The notes below the pieces were generated by a model, which had not been told where the DNA came from, did no database searches, and worked only from the letters and a program-made list of their open reading frames with translations. From Octopus bimaculoides (lineage: Eukaryota), in contig NC_068990.1 of assembly GCF_001194135.2 (NCBI RefSeq), positions 42,752,409-42,788,420 of the forward strand: a stretch of DNA of 36,012 nucleotides, in the 5' to 3' direction. The translations under genes were made by a program, and so were the position numbers. This document shows, in pieces, positions 10,854 to 21,890 of this stretch (the stretch's first letter is position 1; each line of letters starts with the position of its first letter).

Positions 10854-10899
10854 TCTCTGATGAAGGGATATATAAAATATCCAGGAAACAGCTGTAAGA
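10854..10899 (+). ncRNA. Minimal type I hammerhead ribozyme-like motif (Penelope-type, palindromic stem III)
   Basis: TCT|CTGATGA|AG|GGATAT-ATAAA-ATATCC|AG|GAA|ACAGCTGT|A|AGA. It has the catalytic core CUGAUGA and GAAA, a 6-bp stem II, a self-complementary ACAGCTGT stem III, a GUA cleavage triplet (10894-10896) and stem I UCU/AGA. Confidence 0.6.
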
Positions 10900-11343
10900 C
10901 CTTCTATTTATAAATGTTCTAAAATCTTTCACAGCCTTGGATTTTTATCCCATTCTGAAAATCTCTTTATATATATATATATATNNNNNNNNNNNNNNNN
11001 NNNNNNNNNNNNNNNNNNNNNNNNNNNNNNNNNNNNNNNNNNNNNNNNNNNNNNNNNNNNNNNNNNNNNNNNNNNNNNNNNNNNNNNNNNNNNNNNNNNN
11101 NNNNNNNNNNNNNNNNNNNNNNNNNNNNNNNNNNNNNNNNNNNNNNNNNNNNNNNNNNNNNNNNNNNNNNNNNNNNNNNNNNNNNNNNNNNNNNNNNNNN
11201 NNNNNNNNNNNNNNNNNNNNNNNNNNNNNNNNNNNNNNNNNNNNNNNNNNNNNNNNNNNNNNNNNNNNNNNNNNNNNNNNNNNNNNNNNNNNNNNNNNNN
11301 NNNNNNNNNNNNNNNNNNNNNNNNNNNNNNNNNNNNNNNNNNN

Positions 11344-11348
11344 TATAT

Positions 11349-11418
<70 letters not shown>

Positions 11419-11430
11419 TAATAGATAGAC
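11344..11430. repeat. (GATA)n microsatellite
   Basis: Direct reading. Confidence 0.95.
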
Positions 11431-11759
11431 ACTTATTTATAAATACACAATTCAACTATATATATTACAAAATTGTTGGTGATCAGAAGATCAACCAGCT
11501 ATAGTAACTGTGCTGAAAAGGGAACTTATGAAGAAAATTGTCTAGGAAGGCAATAATTCCAAATTAGATCTGATGTAAGGAATGGTACTCTTCTGACTCG
11601 TAGAAAAAAACCTCTCAAGCGCTTTGGTATTCAGTTCATAGTGTAAGACATATGCAGCAACAGCTTTGGGCCAGTTGCTCTGTTGCAAAGTTTGTTGGTC
11701 CCTCTCCAGTCATGTTAGAATGGAAAAACCAAAGTTAAATGATGATGATAGTAATAGCA

Positions 11760-11804
<45 letters not shown>

Positions 11805-11879
11805 ATACATACACATACATACACATACATTCAACTGAAATTTTAACATTGGAGAAAGAAAGATATATCTTTCTCTCAA

Positions 11880-12010
11880 ATGGATGGATGGATGGATGGA
11901 TGGATGGATGGATGGATGGATGGATGGATGGATGGAGGAATAGATAATCAGATGGCTGGATAGGTGATTGGATGGATGTATGGATGGATGAACAACTCAA
12001 TAGATGGATG
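11880..12010. repeat. (GGAT)n microsatellite
   Basis: Direct reading. Confidence 0.9.
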
Positions 12011-12056
12011 ACTTAGTAGACACCGAGCAATACCCATGATTACAAATGGTGCTATA

Positions 12057-12203
12057 CAGTGCCAGATTAAGGACAAATGCTTGTTTAGTTATGAGGCCCC
12101 TTACTTGGACAGGGCCCTGTTATGATGCCCCTTACATGGACAGGGCACCATTGACCAGCCTTGTGCTGAAGCACACCTAAGAACAATGATAAATCTGGCA
12201 CTG
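12057..12203. mobile_element. 147-bp non-autonomous hAT-type MITE
   Basis: Perfect 12-bp TIRs CAGTGCCAGATT / AATCTGGCACTG and a perfect 8-bp TSD GTGCTATA (12049-12056 and 12204-12211). Internal 31-bp tandem duplication at 12088-12118 and 12119-12149. Confidence 0.9.
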
Positions 12204-12489
12204 GTGCTATACTAATTGTTGCTGTCACTTCATCATGTCAAGGCTAACATAAAGAAAAAGAAAATAAAAACGAATAATAAACCACCTAAATCAAACCGAA
12301 ATTAACTGGTTCATAGAACTGGTGTGCTGGAAGAAGATTAAAGACTTACTAGCAGTTGAATGGACAATGTATCATATCCACCTCTCTGTCCAACAGATTT
12401 ATGGTCAATGGAATTCTAGCTGTGGTCACCTTGTCCTTTCTTATGTAGCTATATATGTATGAGTGTGTAAATGCTTGTGTTTATGTCTT

Positions 12490-12845
12490 TTACTCTCTCT
12501 TTTACTTGTTTCAGACATTTGACTGTGGCCATGCTGGAGCACCGCCTTTAGTCGAGCAAATCGACCCCAGGACTTATTCATTGGAAGCCTAGTACTTATT
12601 CTATCGGTCTCTTTTGCCAAACCGCTAAGTTACGGGGACGTAAACACACACACCAGCATCGGTTGTCAAGCGATGTTGGGGGGACAAATACAGACACACA
12701 AACACACATACATATATATATATATATACTCGACGGGCTTCATTCAGTTTCTGTCTACCAAATCCACTCACAAGGCTTTGGTCAGCCCGAGGCTATAATA
12801 GAAGACACTTGCCCAAGGTGCCACGTAGTGGAACTGAACCCAGAA
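12490..12845 (-). mobile_element. SINE family C copy (head lost in gap)
   Basis: Reverse complement of 25204-25586, including the internal CA/TA tract and CCACTCACAAGGCTTTGGTCAGCCCGAGGCTATAATAGAAGACACTTGCCCAAGGTGCCACG. Confidence 0.9.
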
Positions 12846-13749
12846 NNNNNNNNNNNNNNNNNNNNNNNNNNNNNNNNNNNNNNNNNNNNNNNNNNNNNNN
12901 NNNNNNNNNNNNNNNNNNNNNNNNNNNNNNNNNNNNNNNNNNNNNNNNNNNNNNNNNNNNNNNNNNNNNNNNNNNNNNNNNNNNNNNNNNNNNNNNNNNN
13001 NNNNNNNNNNNNNNNNNNNNNNNNNNNNNNNNNNNNNNNNNNNNNNNNNNNNNNNNNNNNNNNNNNNNNNNNNNNNNNNNNNNNNNNNNNNNNNNNNNNN
13101 NNNNNNNNNNNNNNNNNNNNNNNNNNNNNNNNNNNNNNNNNNNNNNNNNNNNNNNNNNNNNNNNNNNNNNNNNNNNNNNNNNNNNNNNNNNNNNNNNNNN
13201 NNNNNNNNNNNNNNNNNNNNNNNNNNNNNNNNNNNNNNNNNNNNNNNNNNNNNNNNNNNNNNNNNNNNNNNNNNNNNNNNNNNNNNNNNNNNNNNNNNNN
13301 NNNNNNNNNNNNNNNNNNNNNNNNNNNNNNNNNNNNNNNNNNNNNNNNNNNNNNNNNNNNNNNNNNNNNNNNNNNNNNNNNNNNNNNNNNNNNNNNNNNN
13401 NNNNNNNNNNNNNNNNNNNNNNNNNNNNNNNNNNNNNNNNNNNNNNNNNNNNNNNNNNNNNNNNNNNNNNNNNNNNNNNNNNNNNNNNNNNNNNNNNNNN
13501 NNNNNNNNNNNNNNNNNNNNNNNNNNNNNNNNNNNNNNNNNNNNNNNNNNNNNNNNNNNNNNNNNNNNNNNNNNNNNNNNNNNNNNNNNNNNNNNNNNNN
13601 NNNNNNNNNNNNNNNNNNNNNNNNNNNNNNNNNNNNNNNNNNNNNNNNNNNNNNNNNNNNNNNNNNNNNNNNNNNNNNNNNNNNGTGGTAGTGGTGGTGT
13701 ACTCCTTTCACACACATACATACACACACACATTTAAATACACACAGGG

Positions 13750-13915
13750 TATGAAGAGGGAAGGAGGAGGGAGGGAACGAGGAGGGATGGAAAGAGGAGG
13801 GATGGAACGAGGAGGGATGGAACAAGGATGGAGGGAAGGAGGATGGAGGGAAGGAGGACAGAGGGAAGGAGGACGGAGGAAAGGAGGAGGGAGGGAAGGA
13901 GATGAGGGAGGGGAG
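13750..13915. repeat. Polypurine 15-bp minisatellite (~GGAGGGAAGGAGGAY)
   Basis: Units GGAGGGATGGAACGA and GGAGGGAAGGAGGAT repeated about 10 times, almost entirely purine on the + strand. Confidence 0.85.
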
Positions 13916-14109
13916 GATTTTGGTGGTAGTAGTGGTGGTGGTGGTGGTGTTGGTGGTAAGTGATGATGATGGCAGCTGTGGAAACTGAAGCAACTGACTT
14001 TGGCAGGATTTGAAATCTGAATGTAAAGATTCATAGGTAGATACTGCAACGCATTTTGTTTAATGCTCTACTGATATTGACAGTCTATTAATAATAACAA
14101 TAATTATAA

Positions 14110-14575
14110 TTCTTGCTTCTACAGGTATGAGCTCTAAAAATTTGGGTGAGTTGGGGGCTAGTCGATTACACCATCTCCAGCGCTCAACTGGTCCTCATTT
14201 TATCAACCCTGAGAAGTTGAAAGACAAACTCAGCCCCAACAGAATTTCAACTCAGAATGTATTGAGTCAGAAAACATGCCACTAAGCATTTTGTCCAGCT
14301 TGTTAGCAGTTCTGACAGATCACCATCATAAACAATGAGGATGATGATGATGACAGTAATAATAATTCTTTCTACTACAGGCACAAGGGCCCGAAATTTT
14401 ATGGGAAGGGATTACTCAATCGCAGTGATTCCAGTACTCAACAGGTATTTGATTTATCAATCTCCAAAAGGGAAATAATAATAATGGTTTCAGATTTTGA
14501 CATGAGGTCAGTAATTTCGAAGTGGGGACTAAGTTGATTACATTAATGCCAGTACTCATCTGGTACTTAATTTTA
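14110..14575 (-). mobile_element. Tandem array of three SINE family A copies or fragments
   Basis: Segments at ~14110-14325, ~14365-14465 and ~14485-14575 each begin with (AAT)n and reverse-complement to the family A tail and body (e.g. GAAAGACAAACTCAGCCCCAACAGAATTTCAACTCAGAA). Confidence 0.7.
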
Positions 14576-14579
14576 GCAA

Positions 14580-14979
14580 CATGGTTCTGGGTTCAGTCCC
14601 ACTGCGTGGCACCTTGGGCAAGTGTCTTCTACTATAGCCTCGGGCCGACCAAAGCCTTGTGAGTGGATTTGGTAGACGGAAACTAAAAGAAGCCTGTCAT
14701 ATATATATATATATATATATANNNNNNNNNNNNNNNNNNNNNNNNNNNNNNNNNNNNNNNNNNNNNNNNNNNNNNNNNNNNNNNNNNNNNNNNNNNNNNN
14801 NNNNNNNNNNNNNNNNNNNNNNNNNNNNNNNNNNNNNNNNNNNNNNNNNNNNNNNNNNNNNNNNNNNNNNNNNNNNNNNNNNNNNNNNNNNNNNNNNNNN
14901 NNNNNNNNNNNNNNNNNNNNNNNNNNNNNNNNNNNNNNNNNNNNNNNNNNNNNNNNNNNNNNNNNNNNNNNNNNNNNNN

Positions 14980-15010
<31 letters not shown>

Positions 15011-15225
15011 CTTTGTGTGTCTGTGTTTGTCCCCTTAACATTGCTTGACAACCGATGCTGGTGTGTTTACGTCCCCGTAACATTAGCGGTTCAGCAAAAG
15101 AGACCGATAGAATAAGTACTAGGCTTACAAAGAATAAGTCCTGGGGCCGATTAGCTCAACTAAAGGCGGTGCTCCAGCATGGCTGCAGTCAAATGACTGA
15201 AACAATTAAAAGAGTAAAAGAGTAA
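14580..15225 (+). mobile_element. SINE family C copy with expanded internal (TA)n/(TG)n spanning a gap
   Basis: GGGTTCAGTCCCACTGCGTGGCACCTTGGGCAAGTGTC...AAGAAGCCTGTC-(TA)n-gap-(TG)n-TTTGTCCCC...GGTGCTCCAGCATGGCTGCAGTCAAATGACTGAAAC. Confidence 0.9.
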
Positions 15226-15239
15226 CCCCAAAATGATAA

Positions 15240-15345
15240 ATGATAAAATCAATCTTGGTAGGATTTAAACTCAGAAAGTAAAAACAGAAGAAATACCATT
15301 GAGCATTTTTGTCTAGTGTGCTAACAATTTTGCCAGCTCACCATG
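15240..15345 (-). mobile_element. SINE family A 5' fragment
   Basis: GGATTTAAACTCAGAA...GAGCATTTTTGTCTAGTGTGCTAACAATTTTGCCAGCTCACC is the reverse complement of the family A head. Confidence 0.65.
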
Positions 15346-15959
15346 TTCAATAATGATGATGATAGTACGATTTAAAATAATAATGATAATAATAATAACA
15401 ACAATAATAATAATACTAGTCTTTCCTTTAAACACCCTCTCATGTAATAATACCAAGGAATAGTAATGAATTCTTGAAATTTGATGATGCATTAATTCAT
15501 TAATAATGAACATTTTAACAACAAACCCTCACACACACACACTCATGCACGCGTGCACACACACACACACACTCATGCATGTGTGCACACACACACACAC
15601 ACACACACACACGTACACACACATATATGCATGCACACTAATACACCCAAACACAAAACCTGAAAATTCACGTGTGTGAAATGGAGTGCACTTGAATGTA
15701 CAATGTGTTACACATGACATTATAACGATATGAGTTTAAGATACTGGACAATAAACCTGTATGGTTGTTATATGAAATTTGACTACACATTGTGCCACAA
15801 TATAACTCATATAATGACCAGAAGTTTCTATGTGGGATGCTTAAACCATCACCTGCTTTAATGCTCTTGGATAACATTTAGCAGAGAAATCCATTCTGTT
15901 ACCAAAGTGTATGTCTCCATGATGCAAGTGGTGTTCTTCATGCCCACCTATTCCATGAT

Positions 15960-16212
15960 AAAGATATCCAGTTATGGAGAAATATTATCTTACTTGGAAA
16001 CAAGTGAGGGTTGGTGACAGGAATGGTATCCAGCCATAGAAAACTCTGCTTCAACAAAATTCTGCCTGGAGAAGTTGACGTTAAGATTATGATGATGATG
16101 ATAATGATGACGACGGCGACGATGACAACGACAATAATGATGATGATGATGATGATGACGACGATGACAATTTTGATGATGATGATAACGACGAAGATTG
16201 TGATGATGACGA
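15960..16212 (+). mobile_element. (GAT)n-tailed retroposon fragment with expanded GAT/GAC tail
   Basis: GGAAACAAGTGAGGGTTGGTGACAGGAATGGTATCCAGCCATAGAAAC...GTTGACGTTAAGAT then (GAT/GAC)n; homologous to 1907-2062. Confidence 0.65.
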
Positions 16213-17384
16213 TTCGAAAAAAAACATTAAGCTGCATCTCAGACATATCCAGCTTTATCAAGTGTCATGATGCAAAAATGTTGTAAACAGACCAATATAA
16301 AGTAAAGACACAAAAAGAAATTGTTGAAGTATGGTGGCACTATCATGCTAACATCCATGTAACTATCTTGATCAATTATATAAATCATCTCAAATCAATA
16401 AGGGAACCACTATGTGGTCGTTCAACCTGCAAGAAATAGCAGCCAAATCCCCCTCAAAATAACATCTCACCATCATCTTAGAAAAGGACACATTGGGATA
16501 ATGTGGCTCTAGGTTCCTTTCACACAGGACAAAAAACAAATGAGATGGCCATGAATGGAATACATTTGATCACAGGTAAGTTTCATTAGAGCAAACCTAG
16601 CGTTATATGACAACAACAAGAACAACAACCTAAATTTCCTGACTGAGCATGACCATCACTTGGAAAACAGCTTGGAGTGACACTTTCTAAATCAATCTGA
16701 AAATCAAGCAATGAAGGGGAAAAGCAATCATCACATGAGCTGTTTTGGACAGAGAAATTACATTTAGAAATTGGCTAAAATATTAAGATCTCTGTCTTGC
16801 ATAAAATCTTCACACCATCTGCTTCACCACTTCTAAACAAGAAGAATATATTCATTTCAAATTGTTGCTATATACCCCAAATTCTTTCCCCAAGATCTTT
16901 CCTGATACATAAAAATGATGAATGGCAATCAATATTATAGGCCATGTAACCAACATATAATATCAGGTATTAAAACTTTAAACCAATATCTTAAATATTG
17001 CTTTTTTCCCCGCCACTTCTTCACCAATGATGAGAGTAGCATTACTGAGATAAAGTTAACTGCATATGTGTGCATGTGTGTGTGCATATGTGTGTATGTG
17101 TGTGCATGCAGAAATGCAGAGAAATGTTTTAAGAGTGTTTGTGTGTTTAACTGACACAAGATTTAACTCCGCTGTAAAAAGTAAATGCAGTGGTTAAACT
17201 GATGTACTTTCACAGTAGTTGAGTTTTGCTTTTGTTTTTCCTCTCTGCGTAGTCAAGAAAAGGAAAAAAGAAAAGAACAATCAGACAAATTTCAACATTT
17301 ATTAACACTTTATCAGTGGCTGGTTATTTTTTCTCTCACTGGAAAAACTATTTTACCAATGACAAAGGTTAGCAGACTACGTAA

Positions 17385-17540
17385 TACTGTGCCATTAAGA
17401 AGTTCATTCTGCCACATCATTGGTTTTTCAGTTTTTAGTTTAGTCCCTATTTGCACAGCACTTAGGGTAAGCGTCTTCTTCTATCATCTCAAGCTGACCA
17501 CTGCCTTGTAAATGAATTTGAAAGTTCAGAAAGTCTGGTA
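17385..17540 (+). mobile_element. Highly degenerate SINE family C 5' half
   Basis: TTTAGTCCCTATTTGCACAGCACTTAGGGTAAGCGTCTTC...GCTGACCACTGCCTTGTAAATGAATTTG aligns to TTCAGTCCCACTGCGTGGCACCTTGGGCAAGTGTCTTC...GCCGACCAAAGCCTTGTGAGTGGATTTG. Confidence 0.55.
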
Positions 17541-17588
17541 AGCTCACCATGTGTGTGTGAGTGTGAGTGTGTGAGTGTGTGTGTGTGT

Positions 17589-17630
<42 letters not shown>

Positions 17631-17649
17631 TGTGTGTGGATGTGTGATG

Positions 17650-17817
17650 TGTTGTTATGTCTCAAGCTACTGCTATCTAGCATCTTCGGATGATCTCTAC
17701 TCAACCGCTACACAACTGCTACTCGACTGCTACTCAATATTCCTACCAAGGCCAGACTACCTCTATTTATATGTCTTGGGAGATCCCACTTCTTCGCCAG
17801 GGGGCATCAACACAACA
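17650..17817 (-). mobile_element. Candidate short solo LTR or small TIR element
   Basis: A unique 168-bp island inside a (TG)n tract, with TG...CA ends and 6-bp inverted termini TGTTGT/ACAACA. There is a TATA-like CATATAAATAG on the minus strand, but no clear TSD or polyA signal. Confidence 0.35.
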
Positions 17818-18229
17818 TGTGTGGATGTGTGTGTGAGTGCATGTGTGTGTGTGATGTGTGGATGTGCATGTGTGTGAATATGTGAATATGTATGTGCGTG
17901 TGTGTGTGTCTCTGTATTTGTATATGTGTGCATGTGCATGCAAATGTTCGTATTTTGCCTGCTGCAATGTGAGAAAAACGGTAGTGATGCTGACATTCCC
18001 CGTTCACATATTGACCAGTTGTGTGCACTTTGAAAGACTTGTGGAATACATAAATCTCTTATTTGCAAAACCAGGTGAGTGTTGGTAACATGAAGAGCAT
18101 CCAGCTGTAATATTCTGCATCAATTAACTCCTCATCTAGTGCTTACTTGCATGGAAAAACAGCCATCAAATGAATGAAAAATTTATTCTTTATTCATTCA
18201 ATTCAATAAACATTAAATGTATATATAGA

Positions 18230-18502
18230 GGCACAATGGCCCAGTGGTTAGGGCAGCGGACACGCGGTTGGAGGACCGCGGTTTCGATTCCCAGACCGGG
18301 CGTTGTGTGTGTTTATTGAGTGAAAACACCTAAAGCTCCATGAGGCTCCAGCAGGGGGTGGTGGCAACCCCTGTTGTACTCTTTCGCCCCAACTTTCTCT
18401 CACTCTTTCTTCCTGTTTCTTGAGTAAAAAGCTGCGATGGAATGGTGTCCCGTCCAGCTAGGGAGGAACACATACGCCATGGAAACTGGGAAACCGGCCC
18501 CA
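18230..18502 (+). mobile_element. tRNA-derived SINE family B (head H1, tail T1)
   Basis: A box TGGCCCAGTGG and B box GGTTTCGATTCCC. The head and body match 34318-34515, and the tail GCTGCGATGG...GCCATGGAAACTGGGAAACCGGCCC matches the tail of 32435-32680. Confidence 0.85.
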
Positions 18503-18536
18503 TACTCCACAAGGGGCTAAGAGGATTTCCAAATGT

Positions 18537-18571
<35 letters not shown>

Positions 18572-18800
18572 CATACATACATACATACATACATACATAC
18601 ATACATGCACACACACACACACACACACATTAACATACATATAGATATGTACAAATCTATGCAAGTACATATTAATAAAAACCTGAATAATTGTCCAATA
18701 ATACACAGTACACTATACAAGTTTGTCCGACTACTATATTATAAGAGGTATGAAACTTAGAGTAACTCACATTTAAGTCCTGTGTATATTAAGTGATATA

Positions 18801-18845
<45 letters not shown>

Positions 18846-19689
18846 ATGATATATAAATAGACACACTCATACATTATATATTAAATTTTCAGACATATTA
18901 TGATCTACTAATATTTACATATCTGAAGCAAGTATGCTAGATTAAATTATGTCATTTTTTAGCAGAATTATCTATCACTGCATCATAAACTTGACAAATA
19001 AAGCATGTACATGCATGCACACGCGCACACATACACTGAAAGCAGCAGCATCTAAGCATAGTTGCATACACAAACACGTTCCTGCACTCATACATACGCA
19101 GATACCTGCAGATATTTTCATATGCAGCCACAGATATTTTTATGTATGGTTATGTTAAAGTAGTAGTTTTCTATTTAGAGACATTACTATGGAAACATAA
19201 CTGTATCATAATAAATTAATATGTTTGGTTGTTTGAAAGTCAAACCAAATTAACAAAAAAATATTTGCTTCCTGTGACTCGGTGCAAATCTTCCTTTATT
19301 TTGGAAAGAAAACCTAACAAGGAATCTATGTCACTTTTATACCTTTCTGAAGATTTCTAGAAGAGAAAAATTAAGGAAGAGGCCTTGACTGTGAATCAAA
19401 ACAAGAGAGCAATTTCAAGTTCTTTGTAGGTAACCTTTCACTGCGTGACACTTGACATACCAAGTTCAAGCGCTTACATTTTCTGTCCAGACATGAATCA
19501 AATGTTTACTAGAAGAAATTTGTACTCTGTCATCATATCTGATGTGTTAGATACATATGAAAAGAGGCTGCACAACTATACCAATGACTTCATGGTCTGG
19601 TATCACTGGAATGCAGGAATAAACTGGACAATGGAATGAGTGTAAAAATTATATCCAGAAAGGGACCATGTGACTTCCTGGCATAAAAT

Positions 19690-20010
19690 CACTCACAGAC
19701 AAGTCCCAGCCTCTGTCCCACTGCCACTCTATCTCCTCTCTCTGCTTTCTATCATTACTATAACAGTTTTTGTTCCCTGGAGTTGGCTAGACTCAAGTTA
19801 CCTCATTTCAAGCTTTCCTGCCCCAATCATTTCTTCTTTTTTCACTACCCTTATGTCCAAAGCCTCTCGCCCCACATTAACCATTACACCCAATCTCTTC
19901 GGTCCCAGACAGTTGACCCTCTGGAATACCCTCCTTGCACATGTTTTTCCCACAGATGACATAAAGAATTTCTAGGGGAACATTAATGACATCAGTCTCA
20001 CAAGGTTAGG
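19690..20010 (+). mobile_element. Degenerate CR1/L2-like LINE ORF2 C-terminal fragment
   Basis: Frameshifted translation ...AFYHYYNSFCSLELARL...INHYTQS / FGPRQLTLWNTLLAHVFPTDDIKNF*GNIN resembles the FY.YY.G.CS.EL...SFFPRT..LWNSLP..VFP...FK C-terminus of this LINE group. Confidence 0.5.
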
Positions 20011-20361
20011 GAATGGGTGGGGCTATTATGGCCATGGACTCTGCCTCTTTCTCTAAACCCAGCAGGTAAAACAAAAATGTTCATACTACGACTGCACCCA
20101 TATGATTCAGCACTGCATGACAGAGTGTGCAGTATGGTCTTCAACCAGGTAGAAACATGCATCATATAGTTAGCTCCTCTTTATTTGACCAACAGTATGC
20201 ATGTTATAAGGCTGTCCAATCAAGGTTGGCTTTGGGCTATACAACATGAACGACAACAACAACAACAATGACTCCTTATCATTTGTATCTTTAAAATCAA
20301 CAGAAGAAAACCATGTGGTTATGGTTGGTGGCTAGCATGGACGGTATCTGGAAGGAACAGA

Positions 20362-20410
<49 letters not shown>

Positions 20411-20479
20411 AAGTAACAACATCTGGTCACTAGAAGTGATACAAGATATCAGGTGTATTTAGCAAGAAAAGTAAGAAGT

Positions 20480-21470
20480 GAGACTTGATATCGTATGATG
20501 TGATGCAGTATACTGCAATCAAAGTGATTGAATGTAATGCGATATGTGGTGTAATGCAATGCATTATGAAATGATGCAATGTGATGTGAAACGATGGGAC
20601 ATAGTTTAAGGTAAAGAGATGTAATGATGTGTAATGTGATGAGTTGAAATGTGATGTATTGTGATGTAATATGCTACAAATATAATGTGATACAATATAG
20701 CAGGGTGTGATGTAATGTAAAATTATCTGAAGTTCATGTAATATGACATGTGACACTCCTATTGTCAAGAATCAAGTCCACAAAGTTATCAGATCTTGGG
20801 CATACAACATGCCATGAGTTATTGCTCAAGACCATCCTGACAGGAAGTGCAGAGGACAAGAGAGCAAGATGCTATCAAAGACGTTTGTGGACAGATAACA
20901 TCAAAGAATGGACCAAAATCAAGATACTGGCTGATTTGTATGCATACAGCACAACACAGAGTGAGTTGGATGAACCTCTGAGCATAGGGAAGGCTCCTGG
21001 GTGATGGTTGATGGTGATGTAATGTCATATAAATGTAATTATGCTACAATGCAATGTGATATGACATAATGTGAATGTTATATAATGTGACATGTGATAT
21101 GCTGAATTGTGATGTGATGTGACCAGTGTAATTTAATCCAACATGGTGTGGAGTCAAATGTATAGTGTAATATGTTGTGATGCAATTAGATAGTGTGTGA
21201 TTGTGATGTCATTTTGATATGAGGTGCAGAGATATGAAATAAGAGAAAACAATGTTGTATCTTGTCATTTAATATGAAGTACAAAGAAGCACTGCTATAT
21301 AATGTAATATCATTTGAACTATGGTAGAGATAATATATATAATATAATTATGGTGTGTTGCTATTTAATATGAGGTGCAGAGATCCACTGCTGTACAATG
21401 TGATGTGATTTGATGTAAAATGCTGTGATGTGAATCACTGCAATGTAGTGCAGTGTCATGCACAGTAAAT
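20480..21470. repeat. Degenerate pentanucleotide satellite (TGTGA/TGTAA/TGCAA)n
   Basis: 5-bp periodicity is visible over ~1 kb and is interrupted at ~20750-21000. Confidence 0.8.
20750..20990 (+). mobile_element. RTE-clade LINE ORF C-terminal fragment inserted in the pentamer satellite
   Basis: RIKSTKLSDLGHTTCHELLLKTILTGSAEDKRARCYQRRLWTDNIKEWT matches the RTE C-terminal motif K.RKL..(F)GH..R...L.K.IL.G...G.R.RG..R..W.D.IKEW. Confidence 0.65.
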
Positions 21471-21859
21471 GTTATAATTATTTCATGGCTACATCAAAGG
21501 GAATCCAGTGATAGGTAAACCCATAGGTGACTCCTAATTTGGACTGATCTAAAGTTACTGAAAAGGGGAACTTATATTATGTCACCATTTTACTCTGGTT
21601 TTGAGGTGCGATGTACTGGAAAACTTGAAGAGCTTTAAAAGCTGAGCTAATGCTTCACTTAGGTTTTATGATGCAAAGAAGATGACAGATAAATCTACCC
21701 ACTGGATGGGCCTCTTTCAGGGAACTTTCTCAGACATTGCAAAATGTAGTATTAACAAAGGGTCTCAGTGCCTGGAAGGATATCAGTATTAGTGAGAAGG
21801 GCAGAGTGGTAATAACAATGGTGGTGGTGAAGATTGTGATTGTGATTGAAATGATGATA

Positions 21860-21890
<31 letters not shown>

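Noticed and set aside
13708-14049. Proline-rich (extensin-like) ORF
   Set aside because: It is the reverse-strand translation of the GGA-rich minisatellite.
16620-16696. Strong minus-strand acceptor at 16697-98 followed by an open frame (IDLESVTPSCFP...)
   Set aside because: No credible donor occurs before the frame runs into a (GTT)n repeat tail, and there is no protein similarity.
15668-17159. Short non-repetitive ORFs (15668-15877, 16915-17154, 16935-17159)
   Set aside because: They show no recognisable motif or splice framework, end in microsatellites, and have lengths expected by chance.
21481-21557. Minus-strand acceptor GTTCCCCTTTTCAG with a short open frame
   Set aside because: There is no good donor. 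A similar CTGAAAAGGG(G)AACTTAT motif recurs at ~11513, suggesting repeat or chance origin.
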